A stretch of 64,000 nt of DNA from Macrostomum lignano (taxonomy: Eukaryota), in NCBI GenBank assembly GCA_002269645.1, contig NIVC01000753.1, positions 62,001 through 126,000 of the forward strand, written 5' to 3'. The notes below the pieces were generated by a model. That model was not told the origin of the DNA, searched no databases, and was given only the letters and a program-made list of their open reading frames with translations. The position numbers and the translations under genes are program-made. Of the stretch, positions 1 to 42,782 are shown piece by piece (position 1 is the stretch's first letter; the number at the start of each line of letters is the position of its first letter).

Positions 1-255
1 AATTCTTGCATCAATCATAGGCTAGATTAGCAATCCATTCAATTCCTGCATCAATCATAGGCTAGATTAGCAATCCATTCAATTCCTGCATCAATCATTG
101 GCTAGATTAGCAATCCATTCAATTCCTGCATCAATCATTGGCTAGATTAGCAATCCATTCTATTCCTGCATCAATCATTGGCTAGATTAGCAATCCATTC
201 AATTCCTGCATCTATCATTGGCTAGATTAGCAATCCATTCTATTCTTGCATCTAT
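1..255. repeat. 40-bp minisatellite (truncated by window start)
   Basis: AATTCCTGCATCAATCATTGGCTAGATTAGCAATCCATTC, about 6 copies. Confidence 0.95.
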
Positions 256-859
256 AGCCGATACGCCTACTTCTCTAGCCGTGATAGCCCAGACTAGACT
301 GGCCATTAACTATCCCATCAATTACCTTTATATCTTGCAGCTTAGTTTCAAAATTGGCTTGTTTTTCGCTGTTTCTAGTTTAAAAGTACATTCAACCTCC
401 TCCCCCAATTTTCTGTCAACTTACGTCATTTTAGCCGTCTGCGCCTGCACATCATTAAACTTTGATCATTAAGCTTATAGTGAGAGTCGTATAGCTTAGC
501 GAAGCAGGTGTTGCAGCCATGTTTCATACGCGAAGTGCAAAGCAGCTGCTATCCCGCTGCTACATCCCGCTGTGTTCCTTTCTTGACTTGTTTTTTGCGC
601 TTTTGTAGTTACTTTTATAATAGTAATGGCGTCTTGCTGCAACTCCTGGGCCCCTCAAAGACTGACAGCTTGTCTAGTGATCATAGAGCGGTAATTTTGC
701 GCTCAGGGTTAGAATTAGGTCTCAAAATTGTGATTTTTATTACAGTGATTAATTTGGGTCTTAGCGATTTTCTTGAGATTTTCAGATTTGGGTCGTTGGA
801 TCAAAGAATGATCTTGATTTAAACGCTGACTGAAATTTAAATCGTAGAGTGAGATTTGA

Positions 860-2400
860 TTTCAAAATGAGATTTTATCATAGGGTGAGATTATTGTCTC
901 AGGGTGTGATTATTGTCTCAGGGTGAGATTCTGGTCTCAAGGTGAGATTCAATCTTAGGGTTGAATTCGTTTCTAGCATGAGATTCGATCTAAGAGTGAT
1001 TTTTTTATAAAGATTGTGATCTCAGGATGAGTTTCTAATTCCAGGCTCAAACTATGCTTCTAGCTAAGATTCTGATCTCAGGGTGAAACTCTGATTGTAG
1101 TGTGAGATTCTTATTCCGGGGTGAAATTTAGTCTCGGGTGAGATTCTCAGGGTTAGATTAAAATCTCAGAGTAAGATTCTGGTCTCGGGGTGAGATTTTG
1201 GTCTCAGGGTGAGATTCTGGTCTCAGGGTGAGATTCTGGTCTCAGGGTGAGATTCTGGTCTCAGGGTGAGATTCTGGTCTCAGGGTGAGATTCTGGTCTC
1301 AGGGTGAGATTCTGGTCTCAGTGTGAGATTCTGGTCTCAGGGTGAGATTCTGGTCTCAGGGTGAGATTCTGATTCTGGGGTGAAATTCTAGTCTCAGGGT
1401 GAGATTATAATCTCAGGGTAAGGTTATAGTCTCAGAGTAAGATTCTGGTCTCGGGGTGAGATTTTGGTCTCAGGGTGAGATTCTGGTCTCAGGGTGAGAT
1501 TCTGGTCTCAGGGTGAGATTCTGGTCTCAGGGTGAGATTCTGGTCTCAGGGTGAGATTCTGGTCTCAGGGTGAGATTCTGGTCTCAGGGTGAGATTCTGG
1601 TCTCAGGGTGAGATTCTGATCTCAGGGTGAGACTCTGATTGTAGTGTGAGATTCTTATTCCGGGGTGAAATTTAGTCTCGGGTGAGATTCTCAGGGTTAG
1701 ATTAAAATCTCAGAGTAAGATTCTGGTCTCGGGGTGAGATTTTGGTCTCAGGGTGAGATTCTGGTCTCAGGGTGAGATTCTGGTCTCAGGGTGAGATTCT
1801 GGTCTCAGGGTGAGATTCTGGTCTCAGGGTGAGATTCTGGTCTCAGGGTGAGATTCTGGTCTCAGGGTGAGATTCTGGTCTCAGTGTGAGATTCTGGTCT
1901 CAGGGTGAGATTCTGGTCTCAGGGTGAGATTCTGATTCTGGGGTGAAATTCTAGTCTCAGGGTGAGATTATAATCTCAGGGTAAGGTTATAGTCTCAGAG
2001 TAAGATTCTGGTCTCGGGGTGAGATTTTGGTCTCAGGGTGAGATTCTGGTCTCAGGGTGAGATTCTGGTCTCAGGGTGAGATTCTGGTCTCAGGGTGAGA
2101 TTCTGGTCTCAGGGTGAGATTCTGGTCTCAGTGTGAGATTCTGGTCTCAGGGTGAGATTCTGGTCTCAGGGTGAGATTCTGATTCTGGGGTGAAATTCTA
2201 GTCTCAGGGTGAGATTATAATCTCAGGGTAAGGTTATAGTCTCAGAGTAAGATTATGGTCTCGGGGTGAGACTCTGGTCTCAGGGTAAGATCCTGATCTC
2301 AGAGTGAGATTCTGTTTTTAGAATAAGATTCTGATCACAGGTGAAATTCTGATTCTAGGGTAACATGTTGATTTTAGTGTGAGATTTGAATATTAGGATG
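860..2400. repeat. 19-bp minisatellite with higher-order block duplications
   Basis: CAGGGTGAGATTCTGGTCT; degenerate edges; blocks near 1090 and 1634 duplicated. Confidence 0.95.
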
Positions 2401-2452
2401 AGTTGTTTATTCATATTTCAACTCCCAATGCCTGTTCCTTCGACGCGCGCAG

Positions 2453-32313
<29,861 letters not shown>

Positions 32314-32329
32314 GGGACTTTCGGCTCAA

Positions 32330-32672
32330 AATGGGAATTTTTGAGTCCAGTGTCATCAAATTGGGATTTTTGAGTCCAGTGTCATCAAATTGGGATTTTG
32401 GAGTCCAGTGTCATCAAATTGGGATTTTTGAGTCCAGTGTCATCAAATTGGGATTTTTGAGTCCAGTGTCATCAAATTGGGATTTTGGAGTCCAGTGTCA
32501 TCAAATTGGGATTTTTGAGTCCAGTGTCATCAAATTGGGATTTTGGAGTCCAGTGTCATCAAATTGGGATTTTTGAGTCCAGTGTCATCAAATTGGGATT
32601 TTGGAGTCCAGTGTCATAAAATTGAGATTTTCGAGTCCAAGTGTCATCGAATTGGGATTTTTGAGTCCAGTG
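32330..32672. repeat. 29-bp minisatellite
   Basis: GAGTCCAGTGTCATCAAATTGGGATTTTT. Confidence 0.94.
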
Positions 32673-32894
32673 TCGAAGTAGGGATTGTTAGTCGATTCTG
32701 TGACCATGAACTTTCTTGCTTATTGTTCGTAAACAGCTGGTAAAATTCTTATGCAAAGTATAATGCAACTTTGCTGCAGCATTTCTACATAGCTTTAAGC
32801 TCTGGCGAAAAATATAACTGTTTAACTTTGAATGAATTCCTTTTCTCAAGTTTTTTATGGCTCCAATTTCTTTTTTACAAATAATTTATGATCT

Positions 32895-34529
32895 CATTAG
32901 TCATATTTATTTGTCACATTCTACTCTCGTTAGTCACATTCTACCAGCTCTCATTGGTCGCATTATTCTCTCATTAGCCGCATTCTACTCTCATCAGTGA
33001 CATTCTACTCTCATTAGTCACAGTCTACTCTCATTGGTCACATTCTACACTCATTGGTCACATTCTACTCTCATTAGTCACAGTCTACTCTCATTTGTCA
33101 CATTCTACTCTCATTGGTCACATTCTACTCTCATTAGTCACATTCTACTCTCATTTGTCACATTCTACTCTCATTGGTCACATTCTACACTCATTGGTCA
33201 CATTCTACATTCATTGGTCACATTGTACTCTCATTGGTCACATTCTACTCTCATTGGTCACATTCTACTCTCATTGGTCACATTGTACTCTCATTGGTCA
33301 CATTCTACTCTCATTGGTTACATTCTACTCTCATTAGTGAAATTTTACACTCATTAGTCACATTCTACTCTCATTAGTCACATTCTACTCTCATTAGTCA
33401 CAGTCTACACTCATTGGTCACATTCTACACTCATTGGTCACATTCTACATTCATTTGTCACATTGTACTCTCATTGGTCACATTCTACTCTCATTGGTCA
33501 CATTCTACACTCATTGGTCACATTCTACTCTCATTAGTGAAATTTTACACTCATTAGTCACATTCTACTCTCATTAGTCACATTCTACTCTCATTAGTCA
33601 CATTCTACTCTCATTAGTCACATTCTACTCTCATTAGTCACATTCTAATCTCATTAGTCACATTCTACTTTCATTAATCACATTCTAATCTCATTAGTCA
33701 CATTCTACTCTCATTAGTCACATTCTACTCTCATTAGTCACATTCTACTCTCATTAGTCACAGTCTACACTCATTGGTCACATTCTACACTCATTGGTCA
33801 CATTCTACTCTCATTGGTTACATTCTACTCTCATTAGTGAAATTTTACACTCATTAGTCACATTCTAATCTCATTAGTCACATTCTACACTTATTGGTCA
33901 CATTCTACACTCATTGGTCACATTATGACTACTCTCATTAGTCACATTCTACTCTTATTAGTCACATTCTACACTCATTGGTCACATTCTACACTCATTA
34001 GTCACATTCTACTCTCATTGGTCACATTCTACACTTATTGGTCACATTATGACTACTCTCATTAGTCACATTCTACTCTCATTAGTCACATTCTAATCTC
34101 ATTAGTCACATTCTACTCTCATTAGTCACATTCTACTCTCATTAGTCACATTCTACTCTCATTAGTCACATTCTACTCTCATTAGTCACATTCTACACTC
34201 ATTAGTCACATTCTACTCTCATTGGTCACATTCTACACTTATTGGTCACATTATGACTACTCTCATTAGTCACATTCTACTCTCATTAGTCACATTCTAA
34301 TCTCATTAGTCACATTCTACTCTCATTAGTCACATTCTACTCTCATTAGTCACATTCTACTCTCATTAGTCACATTCTACTCTCATTAGTCACAGTCTAC
34401 ACTCATTGGTCACATTCTACACTCATTGGTCACATTCTACTCTCATTGGTTACATTCTACTCTCATTAGTGAAATTTTACACTCATTAGTCACATTCTAC
34501 TCTCATTAGTCACATTATGACTACTCTCA
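32895..34529. repeat. 20-bp minisatellite
   Basis: GTCACATTCTACTCTCATTA. Confidence 0.96.
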
Positions 34530-34890
34530 GGGTGACAGCGACCCTGAATTTCTAATCGCCAGGCATGTACACTGCCTGTGCCTTGGAGGGCCGGTTCTTA
34601 TGGGCGAGAATTGCCATTTTTGCTCCTCACTGATTCACACGAATGTAAAAGGAAACTCGCACGAAACGATCCGATGCTTTTCAATTATTCGTGCCAATAT
34701 CAGCAGCCAGCAGGAATATTCCAAAAATGGTTATGAAAATGAAAAACGACTCTTTTGCTCGCAGAGAAGTACTCTCTGCATGCCGGGGCACGAGACAGCG
34801 CGGCAATCGTGTTAATCTAGCGTTTAATTTTGTATCCATCGATTTTTAAACTGGGGACCAGCAAAGTCAAAGCGACTTGAGGCTGTGCTG

Positions 34891-34930
34891 TCAGTTGGCC
34901 CGCGGCTTGAAGCGAATGCTGCGTCCGTAT
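34891..34930 (-). CDS. NPY/NPF precursor last exon
   Basis: tgaatttcag|A TAC GGA CGC ... AAC TGA = (R)YGRSIRFKPRAN*; ATTAAA at 34828-34823 downstream. Confidence 0.85.
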
Positions 34931-37900
34931 CTGAAATTCATTTGCGGTTTACAGACTTACATGTTAGTTACTTTGGTACATACTCTGCACAATCATCTCA
35001 TTAGAGCCTTCATTGGGTTTGGGTGCAATTTCATTGGGTTTGGGTGCCATTTCATTGGGTTTGGGTGCCATTTTATTGGATTTAGGTGCTTTTTCATTGG
35101 GTTTGGGTGCCATTTCATTGGGTTTGGGTGCCATTTCATTGGATTTAGGTGCTTTATCATTGGGTTTGGGTGCCATTTCATTGGGTTTGGGTGCCATTTC
35201 ATTGGGTTTGGGCGCCATTTTATTGGGTTTAAGCACCATTTCATTGAAGTTGGGTGCCATTTCATTGGGTTTGGGTGCCATTTCATTGGGTTTGGGCGCC
35301 ATTTCATTGGGTTTGGGTGCCATTTCATTGGGTTTGGAGCCATTTCATTGGGTTTAAGCGCCATTTCATTGAAGTTGGGTGCCATTTCATTGGGTTTGGG
35401 TGCCATTTCATTGGGTTTGGGCGCCATTTCATTGGGTTTGGGTGCCATTTCATTGGGTTTGGGTGCCATTTCATTGGGTTTGGGTGCCATTTCATTGGGT
35501 TTGGGTGCCATTTCATTGGGTTTGGGTGTCATTTCATTGGAGTTGGGTGCCATTTCATTGGTTTGGGTGCCATTTCATTGGGTTTGGGCGCCATTTCATT
35601 GGGTTTGGGTGCCATTTCATTGGGTTTGGGTGCCATTTCATTGGGTTTGGGCGCCATTTTATTGGGTTTAAGCACCATTTCATTGAAGTTGGGTGCCATT
35701 TCATTGGGTTTGGGTGCCATTTCATTGGGTTTGGGCGCCATTTCATTGGGTTTGGGTGCCATTTCATTGGGTTTGGAGCCATTTCATTGGGTTTAAGCGC
35801 CATTTCATTGGAGTTGGGTGCCATTTCATTGGGTTTGGGTGCCATTTCATTGGGTTTGGGCGCCATTTCATTGGGTTTGGGTGCCATTTCATTGGGTTTG
35901 GGTGCCATTTCATTGGGTTTAAGCGCCATTTCATTGGAGTTGGGTGCCATTTCATTGGATTTGGGTGCCATTTCATTGGATTTGGGTGCCATTTCATTGG
36001 ATTTGGGTGCCATTTCATTGGGTTTGGGTGCCATTTCATTGGGTTTGGGTGCCATTTCATTGGGTTTGGGTGCCATTTCATTGGGTTTGGGTGTCATTTC
36101 ATTGGAGTTGGGTGCCATTTCATTGGTTTGGGTGCCATTTCATTGGGTTTGGGCGCCATTTCATTGGGTTTGGGTGCCATTTCATTGGGTTTGGGTGCCA
36201 TTTCATTGGGTTTGGGCGCCATTTCATTGGGTTTCATTGGGTGCCAGTTCATTGGGTTTGGGCGCCATTTCATTGGATTTGGGTGTCATTTCATTGGATT
36301 TGGGTGCCATTTCATTGGAGTTGGGTGCCATTTCATTGGATTTGGGTGCTATTTCATTGGATTTGGGTGCCATTTCATTGGGTTTGGGTGCCATTTCATT
36401 GGGTTTAAGCGCCATTTCATTGGGTTTGGGCGCCATTTCATTGGGTTTGGGTGCCATTTCATTGGGTTTGGGTGCCATTTCATTGGGTTTGGGTGCCATT
36501 TCATTGGGTTTGGGTGCCATTTCATTGGGTTTGGGTGCCATTTCATTGGGTTAGGGTGCCATTTCATTGGGTTTGGGTGCCATTTCATTGGATTTGGGTG
36601 CCATTTCATTGGATTTGGGTGCTATTTCATTGGATTTGGGTGCCATTTCATTGGGTTTGGGTGCCATTTCATTGGGTTTAAGGCCATTTCATTGGAGTTG
36701 GGTGCCATTTCATTGGATTTGGGTGCCATTTCATTGGATTTGGGTGCCATTTCATTGGATTTGGGTGCCATTTCATTGGGTTTGGGTGCCATTTCATTGG
36801 GTTTGGGTGCCATTTCATTGGGTTTGGGTGTCATTTCATTGGGTTTAAGCGCCATTTCATTGGAGTTGGGTGCCATTTCATTGGATTTGGGTGCTATTTC
36901 ATTGGATTTGGGTGCTATTTCATTGGGTTTGGGTGCCATTTCATTGGGTTTGGGTGCCATTTTATTGGGTTTAAGCACCATTTCATTGAAGTTGGGTGCC
37001 ATTTCATTGGGTTTGGGTGCCATTTCATTGGGTTTGGGTGCCATTTCATTGGGTTTGGGTGCCATTTCATTGGGTTTGGGTGCCATTTCATTGGGTTTAA
37101 GCGCCATTTCATTGGAGTTGGGTGCCATTTCATTGGATTTGGGTGCTATTTCATTGGGTTTGGGTGCTTTGTTCTTTGGCGTAATAAGCAGATAAGCTCT
37201 CTCAGGGGCATCATTAACCAATCAAGGACCAGCTATTGAGAAGCCTGTCTGAGCAAGCCTGATTTCCACTTCATTTTGGGAAGCCTCGAACCCACCAAGT
37301 TCAATTTGTATTCTCGGCTAAGGCTTCCTGGGGCCACTTAGCGCACTGGAAATGGCTTCGATTTACACTCGTAGCTTTGAAAAGTTGAAAAGTAAAACTG
37401 TTGCCTTACACTGTAGAAAATAATTCATAACTGGCTAAGATTCACAGGCTCACTAATCACGGTGCTTCATCCATTTATGAATTTTTGAGGGAAAGCTGTT
37501 AGAGTGCAGAAGAAATTTAGGAAGAGGATGGGAAAGGGTGAGGGAGAGAGGGCAGAAGAGTGAGGGAGAGAGGGTAGAAGAGTGAGGGAGAGAGGGCAGA
37601 AGAGTAAGGGAGAGAGGGCATAAGAGTGAGGGAGAGAGGGCAGAAGAGTGAGGGAGAGAGGGTAGAAGAGTGAGGGAGAGAGGGCAGAAGAGTGAGGGAG
37701 AGAGGGCAGAAGAGTGAGGGAGAGAGGGTAGAAGAGTGAGGGAGAGAGGGTAGAAGAGTGAGGGAGAGAGGGCAGAAGAGTGAGGGAGAGAGGGCAGAAG
37801 AGTGAGGGAGAGAGGGCAGAAGAGTGAGGGAGAGAGGGCAGAAGAGTGAGGGAGAGAGGGCAGAAGAGTGAGGGAGAGAGGGCAGAAGAGTGAGGGAGAG

Positions 37901-39060
37901 AGGGTAGAAGAGTGAGGGAGAGAGGGTAGAAGAGTGAGGGAGAGAGGGCAGAAGAGTGAGGGAGAGAGGGCAGAAGAGTGAGGGAGAGAGGGCAGAAGAG
38001 TGAGGGAGAGAGGACAGAAGAGTGAGGGAGAGAGGAGAAGAGTGAGGGAGAGAGGGCAGAAGAGTGAGGGAGAGAGGGCAGAAGAGTGAGGGAGAGAGGG
38101 CAGAAGAGTGAGGGAGAGAGGGCAGAAGAGTGAGGGAGAGAGGGCAGAAGAGTGAGGGAGAGAGGGTAGAAGAGTGAGGGAGAGAGGGTAGAAGAGTGAG
38201 GGAGAGAGGGCAGAAGAGTGAGGGAGAGAGGGTAGAAGAGTGAGGGAGAGAGGGCAGAAGAGTGAGGGAGAGAGGGCAGAAGAGTGAGGGAGAGAGGGCA
38301 GAAGAGTGAGGGAGAGAGGGCAGAAGAGTGAGGGAGAGAGGGCAGAAGAGTGAGGGAGAGAGGGCAGAAGAGTGAGGGAGAGAGGGCAGAAGAGTGAGGG
38401 AGAGAGGGCAGAAGAGTGAGGGAGAGAGGGCAGAAGAGTGAGGGAGAGAGGGCAGAAGAGTGAGGGAGAGAGGGCAGAAGAGTGAGGGAGAGAGGGCAGA
38501 AGAGTGAGGGAGAGGGCAGAAGTGTGAGGGAGAGAGGGCAGAAGAGTGAGGGAGAGGGCAGAAGAGTGAGGGAGAGAGGGCAGAAGAGTGAGGGAGAGAG
38601 GGCAGAAGAGTGAGGGAGAGAGGGCAGAAGAGTGAGGGAGAGAGGCAGAAGTGAGGGAGAGGGCAGAAGTGTGAGGGAGAGAGGGCAGAAGAGTGCTGTG
38701 CAGACAGGGGGTGCAGTACTGAGCTGTTTGCCCATACCTGGGCTTGCCGATCATGCCCAGGTACGCCCTGAACTGCCTGAGCATCTCGTCATCGCTGGCG
38801 CCGGGCAGCAGGATTCCTATTGTTACGAGACTCTCTTTCAGCGAATCGAGGCCGTCTCGGCCGTACGGCGAGCGCCTGGAGGCCGTCAGGGGTGGCCTGC
38901 GCTGCTCCTGATCGGGTGACCCGCTGGCAGCTGCCGAGGCCAGGAGCAGCAGGCTGATGAGCAGCGGGTAGTCTGAGTCGGGTTAGAGTTGGGTTCAGTT
39001 AAATTAGCTGGCATTGAAGCACAGAAGCAGCAGAGTCAGAAGTTTGCACTTACAGTACAT
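34891..39060 (-). CDS. Neuropeptide Y/F (NPY/NPF) family prepropeptide, 93 aa
   Basis: Exons 39060-39054 (ATG TAC T|gtaagt), 38972-38738 and 34930-34891 give MYYYPLLISLLLLASAAASGSPDQEQRRPPLTASRRSPYGRDGLDSLKESLVTIGILLPGASDDEMLRQFRAYLGMIGKPRYGRSIRFKPRAN*. Signal peptide, Tyr at -10, G-x-P-R-Y followed by Gly-Arg (amidation/cleavage), and the family-diagnostic phase-2 intron in the penultimate Arg codon. Confidence 0.9.
35009..37168. repeat. 21-bp minisatellite in NPF intron 2
   Basis: TTTCATTGGGTTTGGGTGCCA, about 100 copies. Confidence 0.97.
37537..38694. repeat. 22-bp purine-rich minisatellite in NPF intron 2
   Basis: AGAGTGAGGGAGAGAGGGCAGA. Confidence 0.96.
38738..38972 (-). CDS. NPY/NPF precursor main exon
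   Basis: YPLLISLLLLASAAAS...MLRQFRAYLGMIGKP + AG|gtatgg. Confidence 0.92.
39054..39060 (-). CDS. NPY/NPF precursor first coding exon (7 nt)
   Basis: ATG TAC T|gtaagt consensus donor; 81-nt intron; phase 1 matches cag|AC TAC. Confidence 0.8.
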
Positions 39061-39235
39061 CGCTTGGCTGTTTGGAGTGATCAAGAAGGCTTGGCTTTCC
39101 AAGGTTAGTCTGCAAATGGTGAGGTTTCGGTTTGATAAGAATGCTTATGTGGACTGGACTGTGGCCTCAGTGTCCTGATAGACCGACTCAGTCATCTAGG
39201 ACTAATTAAGGAAGCCTGTGACACTGCTAGGGGAT

Positions 39236-39600
39236 CTTGTCAGACTGCTCAAATGTCTTTGAATCCTGTCAGACTGCACAAGAATCCTATCAGACTGCTC
39301 TTGTCAGACTGCTCAATAATCTTGTCAGACTGCTCAAGAATCTTGTCAGACTGCTCAAAAATCTTGTCAGGATTGTTCAAGAATCCTGTCAGACTGCTTA
39401 AGAATCTTGTCAGACTGCTCAAAAATCTTGTCAGGATTGTTCAAGAATCCTGTCAGACTGCTTAAGAATCTTGTCAGGATTGATCAAGAATCTTGTCAGG
39501 CTGCTCAAGAATCCTGTCAGACTGCTTAAGAATCTTGTCAGGATTGATCAAGAATCTTGTCAGGCTGCTCAAGAGTCCTGTCAGACTGCTTAAGAATCTT
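39236..39600. repeat. 21-bp minisatellite
   Basis: CTTGTCAGACTGCTCAAGAAT. Confidence 0.9.
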
Positions 39601-40122
39601 ACGAGGCGGGTTTCTGATCTGAATCTTTCCACACTGAACCATGAGAAGTCAAACTTACTAATCGGGTCGCCTGTCTTGCAGAGCTGATGGTCAGATCTGG
39701 CATTCAAAGCGCCCAACCTGTCACCATTTATAGTCCACTAATGGGAGCAGCCACTCTGCTTATTTCCCATTTCCGCGCAGATTTTGTCCAATTAGGAGGC
39801 AACAAAAAAATGGCTGCTGGGGAATAGAAGGGGGATTAGGCCTCTCTGAGATTATTCATCGATAATTATTTTTAAGCCGCTTTCTGCGAAAATTGTCGGG
39901 ATTTTAGATCCCATCTCTTTTGCGGATGGAAAAGGAATCCCATATGCCCCGCTCAGCGGTGCTACAGAGGCGGCGGGTGTTAAAAGAACAAGACTCAAAG
40001 GCAGATTTTATGTCACAACGACAGAGTCACGCCTTGAAGCGGGCGTATCCTTGGCTCATTGAAACCAGTGCTGCTTGACAATGATGCATTTATTTAATCC
40101 TCGTTTCGCCTGATAATTCCCT

Positions 40123-40978
40123 ATACTGCAGTTCATTAGCTACAATGGCAGTTAGATAAACTGCAGCTCATTAGCTACAATTATGGCAGTTGGATAAACT
40201 GCAGTTCATTAGCTACAATGGCAGTTAGATAAACTGCAGCTCATTAGCTACAATTATGGCAGTTGGATAAACTGCAGTTCATTAGCTACAATGGCAGTTG
40301 GATAAACTGCAGTTCATTAGCTACAATGGCAGTTGGATAAACTGCAGCTCATTAGCTACAATTATGGCAGTTGGATAAACTGCAGTTCATTAGCTACAAT
40401 GGCAGTTAGATAAACTGCAGTTCATTAGCTACAATGGCAGTTGGATAAACTGCAGTTCATTAGCTACAATGGCAGTTGGATAAACTGCAGTTCATTAGCT
40501 ACAATGGCAGTTGGATAAACTGCAGTTCATTAGCTACAATGGCAGTTGGATAAACTGCAGTTCATTAGCTACAATGGCAGTTGGATAAACTGCAGTTCAT
40601 TAGCTACAATGGCAGTTGGATAAACTGCAGTTCATTAGCTACAATGGCAGTTGGATAAACTGCAGTTCATTAGCTACAATGGCAGTTGGATAAACTGCAG
40701 TTCATTAGCTACAATGGCAGTTGGATAAACTGCAGTTCATTAGCTACAATGGCAGTTGGATAAACTGCAGTTCATTAGCTACAATGGCAGTTGGATAAAC
40801 TGCAGTTCATTAGCTACAATGGCAGTTGGATAAACTGCAGTTCATTAGCTACAATGGCAGTTGGATAAACTGCAGTTCATTAGCTACAATGGCAGTTGGA
40901 TAAACTGCAGTTCATTAGCTACAATGGCAGTTAGATAAACTGCAGTTCATTAGCTACAATGGCAGTTGGATAAACGCA
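40123..40978. repeat. 35-bp minisatellite
   Basis: GCAGTTCATTAGCTACAATGGCAGTTGGATAAACT. Confidence 0.96.
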
Positions 40979-41264
40979 GAATAGACCCGTTTTTGTCATA
41001 TATTTCATTTAACGCCCACCTGCTGCTATAAAAAAACTCGCTGTGCTGCAGTAGACAGGCAAAGCGGCACACAGTGCACTTGCAAACTGGTAAAGAGGCC
41101 GGTTTATAGCTCAGCTATGGCTTGTACAAGAGTTCAAGAGCTGCTAATAATAAAATAATCTTCACAAACAAGCTTTGCTGCCAATGAAATTCCGCATGTG
41201 CGCCTGCAGTAGTCGCGGTGAACTTGGCTGGGACTGAAGCGGCTTGTGTAATCTTTGGGTCTCT

Positions 41265-42218
41265 TCTATGCGATTTATCATCTGATTGAGGGGAATTTCT
41301 CCTTCTCCACTATGCGATTTATCACCTGATCAGAGGGGAATTCTCCTTCTCTCCAGTGAGATTTATCACCTGATTGAGGGGAATTTCTCCTTCTCTCCTG
41401 TGAGATTTATCACCTGATTGAGGGGAATTTCTCCTTCTCTCCTGTGAGATTTGTCACCTGATTGTGGGGAATTTCTCCTTCTCTCCAGTGAGATTTATCA
41501 CCTGATTGAGGGGAATTTCTCCTTCTCTCCTGTGAGATTTATCACCTGATTGAGGGGAATTTCTCCTTCTCTCCTGTGAGATTTGTCACCTGATTGTGGG
41601 GAATTTCTCCTTCTCTCCAGTGAGATTTATCACCTGATTGAGGGGAATTTCTCCTTCTCCACTATGCGATTTATCACCTGATCAGAGGGGAATTCTCCTT
41701 CTCTCCTGTGAGATTTATCACCTGATTGAGGGGAATTTCTCCTTCTCCACTATGCGATTTATCACCTGATCAGAGGGGAATTCTCCTTCTCTCCTGTGAG
41801 ATTTATCACCTGATTGTGGGGAATTTCTCCTTCTCTCCTGCGAGATTTATCACCTGATTGAGGGGAATTTCTCCTTCTCTCCTGTGAGATTTATCACCTG
41901 ATTGTGGGGAATTTCTCCTTCTCTCCTGTGAGATTTATCACCTGATTGTGGGGAATTTCTCCTTCTCTCCTGTGAGATTTGTCACCTGATTGTGGGGAAT
42001 TTCTCCTTCTCTCCTGTGAGATTTGTCACCTGATTGTGGGGAATTCTCCTCTCCTGTGAGATTTGTCACCTGATTGGGGGGAATTCTCCTCTCCTGTGAG
42101 ATTTGTCACCTGATTGGGGGGAATTTCTCCTTCTCTCCTGTGAGATTTATCACCTGATTGAGGGGAATTTCTCCTGCTCTCTTATGCGATTTATCACCTG
42201 ATTGAGGGGAATTTCTCA
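41265..42218. repeat. 44-bp minisatellite
   Basis: GAGATTTATCACCTGATTGAGGGGAATTTCTCCTTCTCTCCTGT. Confidence 0.95.
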
Positions 42219-42726
42219 CTTAAAATAGTTATTTCTTATCTACAATCTGAAATTGCAAAACAGATGTTTTATGGTTTAAATCTAACCGGTTTTGAAAAGC
42301 AGTTTTCCTGCAAGTTTCTGTTTTTATATTGTAATATTATCTTTAATAGCCAAATGCATAAATTCTCCTGACTACTTCGGCCCAATATGCATTGCAACAG
42401 ACACAGAAGTTGTTATAGTTTTCTTTTCTTTTCTATACTTTTCTTTTAATTTTTATCTCTCTATTTTAGCCGGCTGCAAGGTATTTGAAACTAACTGTCA
42501 GCTCTAGAGCGCAGTTTACTGTTTTTCTGCAGAGAAGTGCAGAGCGGACCAGCCCGAACCGGTTTCTGCTGCCTCTGCCCCCCCTCTCTTCCCCCCACCG
42601 CTCTCTCGCCACAGTGCACTGCCGCACAGATAAAAAGCTGGGCAGACAGTACAGCGGACCCGCGACCCCACTGTTAACCCCACAACTGCTATTACACTGA
42701 CCTCGGCCAGTCCTTGCCATTCAGCA

Positions 42727-42782
42727 ATGTCCCAATTCAGCGTGGGCACATACAGAGACAGTCGAGGCAGGTCGTGGCTTAG
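42727..42782 (+). CDS. Orphan gene coding exon 1
   Basis: ATG...CTT AG|gtaaaa. Confidence 0.5.

Noticed and set aside
34877-37221. MAPKPNE / GLGAISL / PFHWVW ORFs
   Set aside because: 21-bp array within NPF intron 2.
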